Part shown: positions 52,484 to 53,541 of the stretch, one piece after another
Numbering within the stretch: the first letter of the stretch is position 1
Layout of the letters: each line of letters opens with the position of its first letter
Origin: a virus
Virus record (IMG/VR): IMGVR_UViG_3300022751_000003
Coordinates: 1-53,541 of that record
DNA: 53,541 nt
Reading direction: 5' to 3' (one strand)
Position numbers and translations under genes: made by a program
Notes under the pieces: model-generated
The model's input: the letters and a program-made list of their open reading frames with translations, nothing else
Database searches by the model: none
Told to the model about the DNA's origin: nothing

Positions 52484-53170
52484 TTACCATCCCTCCATCG
52501 GGAACTCTAAATACACTTGAGCTTGTTGCCTTATTTCGTTGGTGATTTTATTAACACGATCAGTGTTTCTACTAACACGGCCAAACCAGCGCCAACCGTT
52601 TGCTACGGCAACATTACCTTGATGAAAAGTTTGCCAATCAAACTTTAATAGCTTTCTATCTGGTGCTTTTTTTAGTTCTAAAGCGCCATTTTGTATTAAA
52701 GAACATACTTCTTTATGCCACTGACGGTAGATTAATTCACCATCAGGAACTTGAGACATAGTACAATCCCCAATCGCAAATTCAGTAGGACATATATCAG
52801 CATTAACTAACCCTAAAATATGTTCCGATTTATAACGTGGGTTATCATAATCGGGTTGACCTGCGGTAATAAAGTGCTGCCCTGTTGGTATTTCAGGCCG
52901 TGGTACATCATCATGGTGCCAACCTGGGATTGCAGGATACCATCCCGGCATCAACATATGGCAACGGCTATCAAACACTAAATTACTATCTAGCCAATCT
53001 GAGGGCAAGTTTTCAAGGAAAGAACGCGTTATTGCACCGCCGTGTGTATATGCGTATCTAAAGCTACTATTAAAAAACATAGGTTCTGTTTTAATAGCAT
53101 CGTTTGAAATTGTTGTTGCGAATTCTCCTACTTCGCTAATTTTCGAATTGAATTGTTTTGGTGAGTTCAT
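52484..53170 (-). CDS. candidate Fe(II)/2-oxoglutarate dioxygenase (double-stranded beta-helix)
   Basis: MLMPGWYPAIPGWHHDDVP (HxD) ... FDWQTFHQGNVAVANGWRWFGRVS (distal His followed by Arg and RxS), in the order expected for the 2OG-Fe(II) facial triad. Confidence 0.4.
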   Translation of the reverse strand: MNSPKQFNSKISEVGEFATTISNDAIKTEPMFFNSSFRYAYTHGGAITRSFLENLPSDWLDSNLVFDSRCHMLMPGWYPAIPGWHHDDVPRPEIPTGQHFITAGQPDYDNPRYKSEHILGLVNADICPTEFAIGDCTMSQVPDGELIYRQWHKEVCSLIQNGALELKKAPDRKLLKFDWQTFHQGNVAVANGWRWFGRVSRNTDRVNKITNEIRQQAQVYLEFPMEGW

Positions 53171-53179
53171 TTGCTGCTA

Positions 53180-53476
53180 TTAAAAAATTAAATTCTCAAC
53201 CTTAGCACATCTCCAATCCTGCTGCTGCAAATCAAAGTAATTCAGCACACCGTAGTTAACAGCACGTTCACCACCTTTAGGAGCCGGTGCATTCAATAAT
53301 GTACCAACAGCCTCGCGGATAGAACCGTCAACTTTTTTGAATGTAAATGTTACAACTTTCTTTGTGCGCAACTCCATCCAAAGTTTAATAACTTTCCAGG
53401 CTTGCACTAATGCTTCTGCAAATGTTGCAAATTGACCTTTGATTTTGTGGGCGATTTTAAATAAGCGGATTTTCAT
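53180..53476 (-). CDS. DUF2693-like (SH3 beta-barrel) protein
   Basis: VTFTFKKVDGSIREAVGTLLNAP...VLNYFDLQQQDWRCAKVENLI resembles F.K.DG..R...GT...yD.....WR. Start set at MKIRLFK. The 5' end lies in the terminal repeat. Confidence 0.4.
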   Translation of the reverse strand: MKIRLFKIAHKIKGQFATFAEALVQAWKVIKLWMELRTKKVVTFTFKKVDGSIREAVGTLLNAPAPKGGERAVNYGVLNYFDLQQQDWRCAKVENLIF

Positions 53477-53541
53477 ATCTTTCTCGTTTTGTATAGAACA
53501 AAGATATGACAACTTTATGTCACTTCCAAATTTATTTTAAA
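53415..53541. repeat. Direct terminal repeat, copy 2 (identical to 1..127)
   Basis: See copy 1. Confidence 0.95.

Noticed and set aside
1-53541. Integrated prophage with att sites (terminal repeat read as attL/attR)
   Set aside because: There is no integrase, excision module or flanking host gene. The 127-nt identity cuts through phage genes and matches an assembler closure overlap.

Overview
The window is one complete tailed-phage genome (siphovirus-like: tape measure and tube proteins, no sheath). The first 127 nt are identical to the last 127 nt, so the unique length is 53,414 bp and the contig closes on itself, either as a circle or through terminal redundancy. Coding is dense and splits at a divergent control region at 15536..15653. 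Leftward (minus strand) lie small early genes, then a recombination and replication module: RecT-like protein, DUF3127, YopX, DUF4326, a beta-class N6/N4 DNA methyltransferase, a DUF4373 replication organiser carrying internal iterons, DnaB, MazG-like, a Mom-like GNAT and VRR-NUC. Next come terS and terL. The operon wraps across the contig junction into portal, prohead protease, HK97-type capsid, connector proteins, two paralogous tube proteins, frameshifted chaperones, a 1244-aa tape measure, distal tail and fibre genes, and an M15 endolysin. Rightward (plus strand, 15654..22891) are about 25 small accessory genes: RHH regulator, GIY-YIG, DUF4031, Nudix-like, and an exported protein plus lipoprotein pair. 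Three blocks interrupt the late operon. (1) An RHH-led plus-strand island with three glycosyltransferase modules sits between portal and protease (47536..50503). (2) A cassette of three Sec-signal-bearing proteins, including a 1057-aa LamG-like protein, and four membrane proteins sits inside the fibre region (27404..33482), with an antisense membrane-protein gene beside it. (3) A DNMT3-like C5 cytosine methyltransferase lies antisense between the endolysin and a holin-like gene. I saw no integrase, tRNA, rRNA or CRISPR array. Absent Shine-Dalgarno sequences, TAnnTTTG boxes, and the DUF4373 and DUF3127 genes suggest a Bacteroidota host; this is inference. All functional calls come from motif reading by eye, with no database search.
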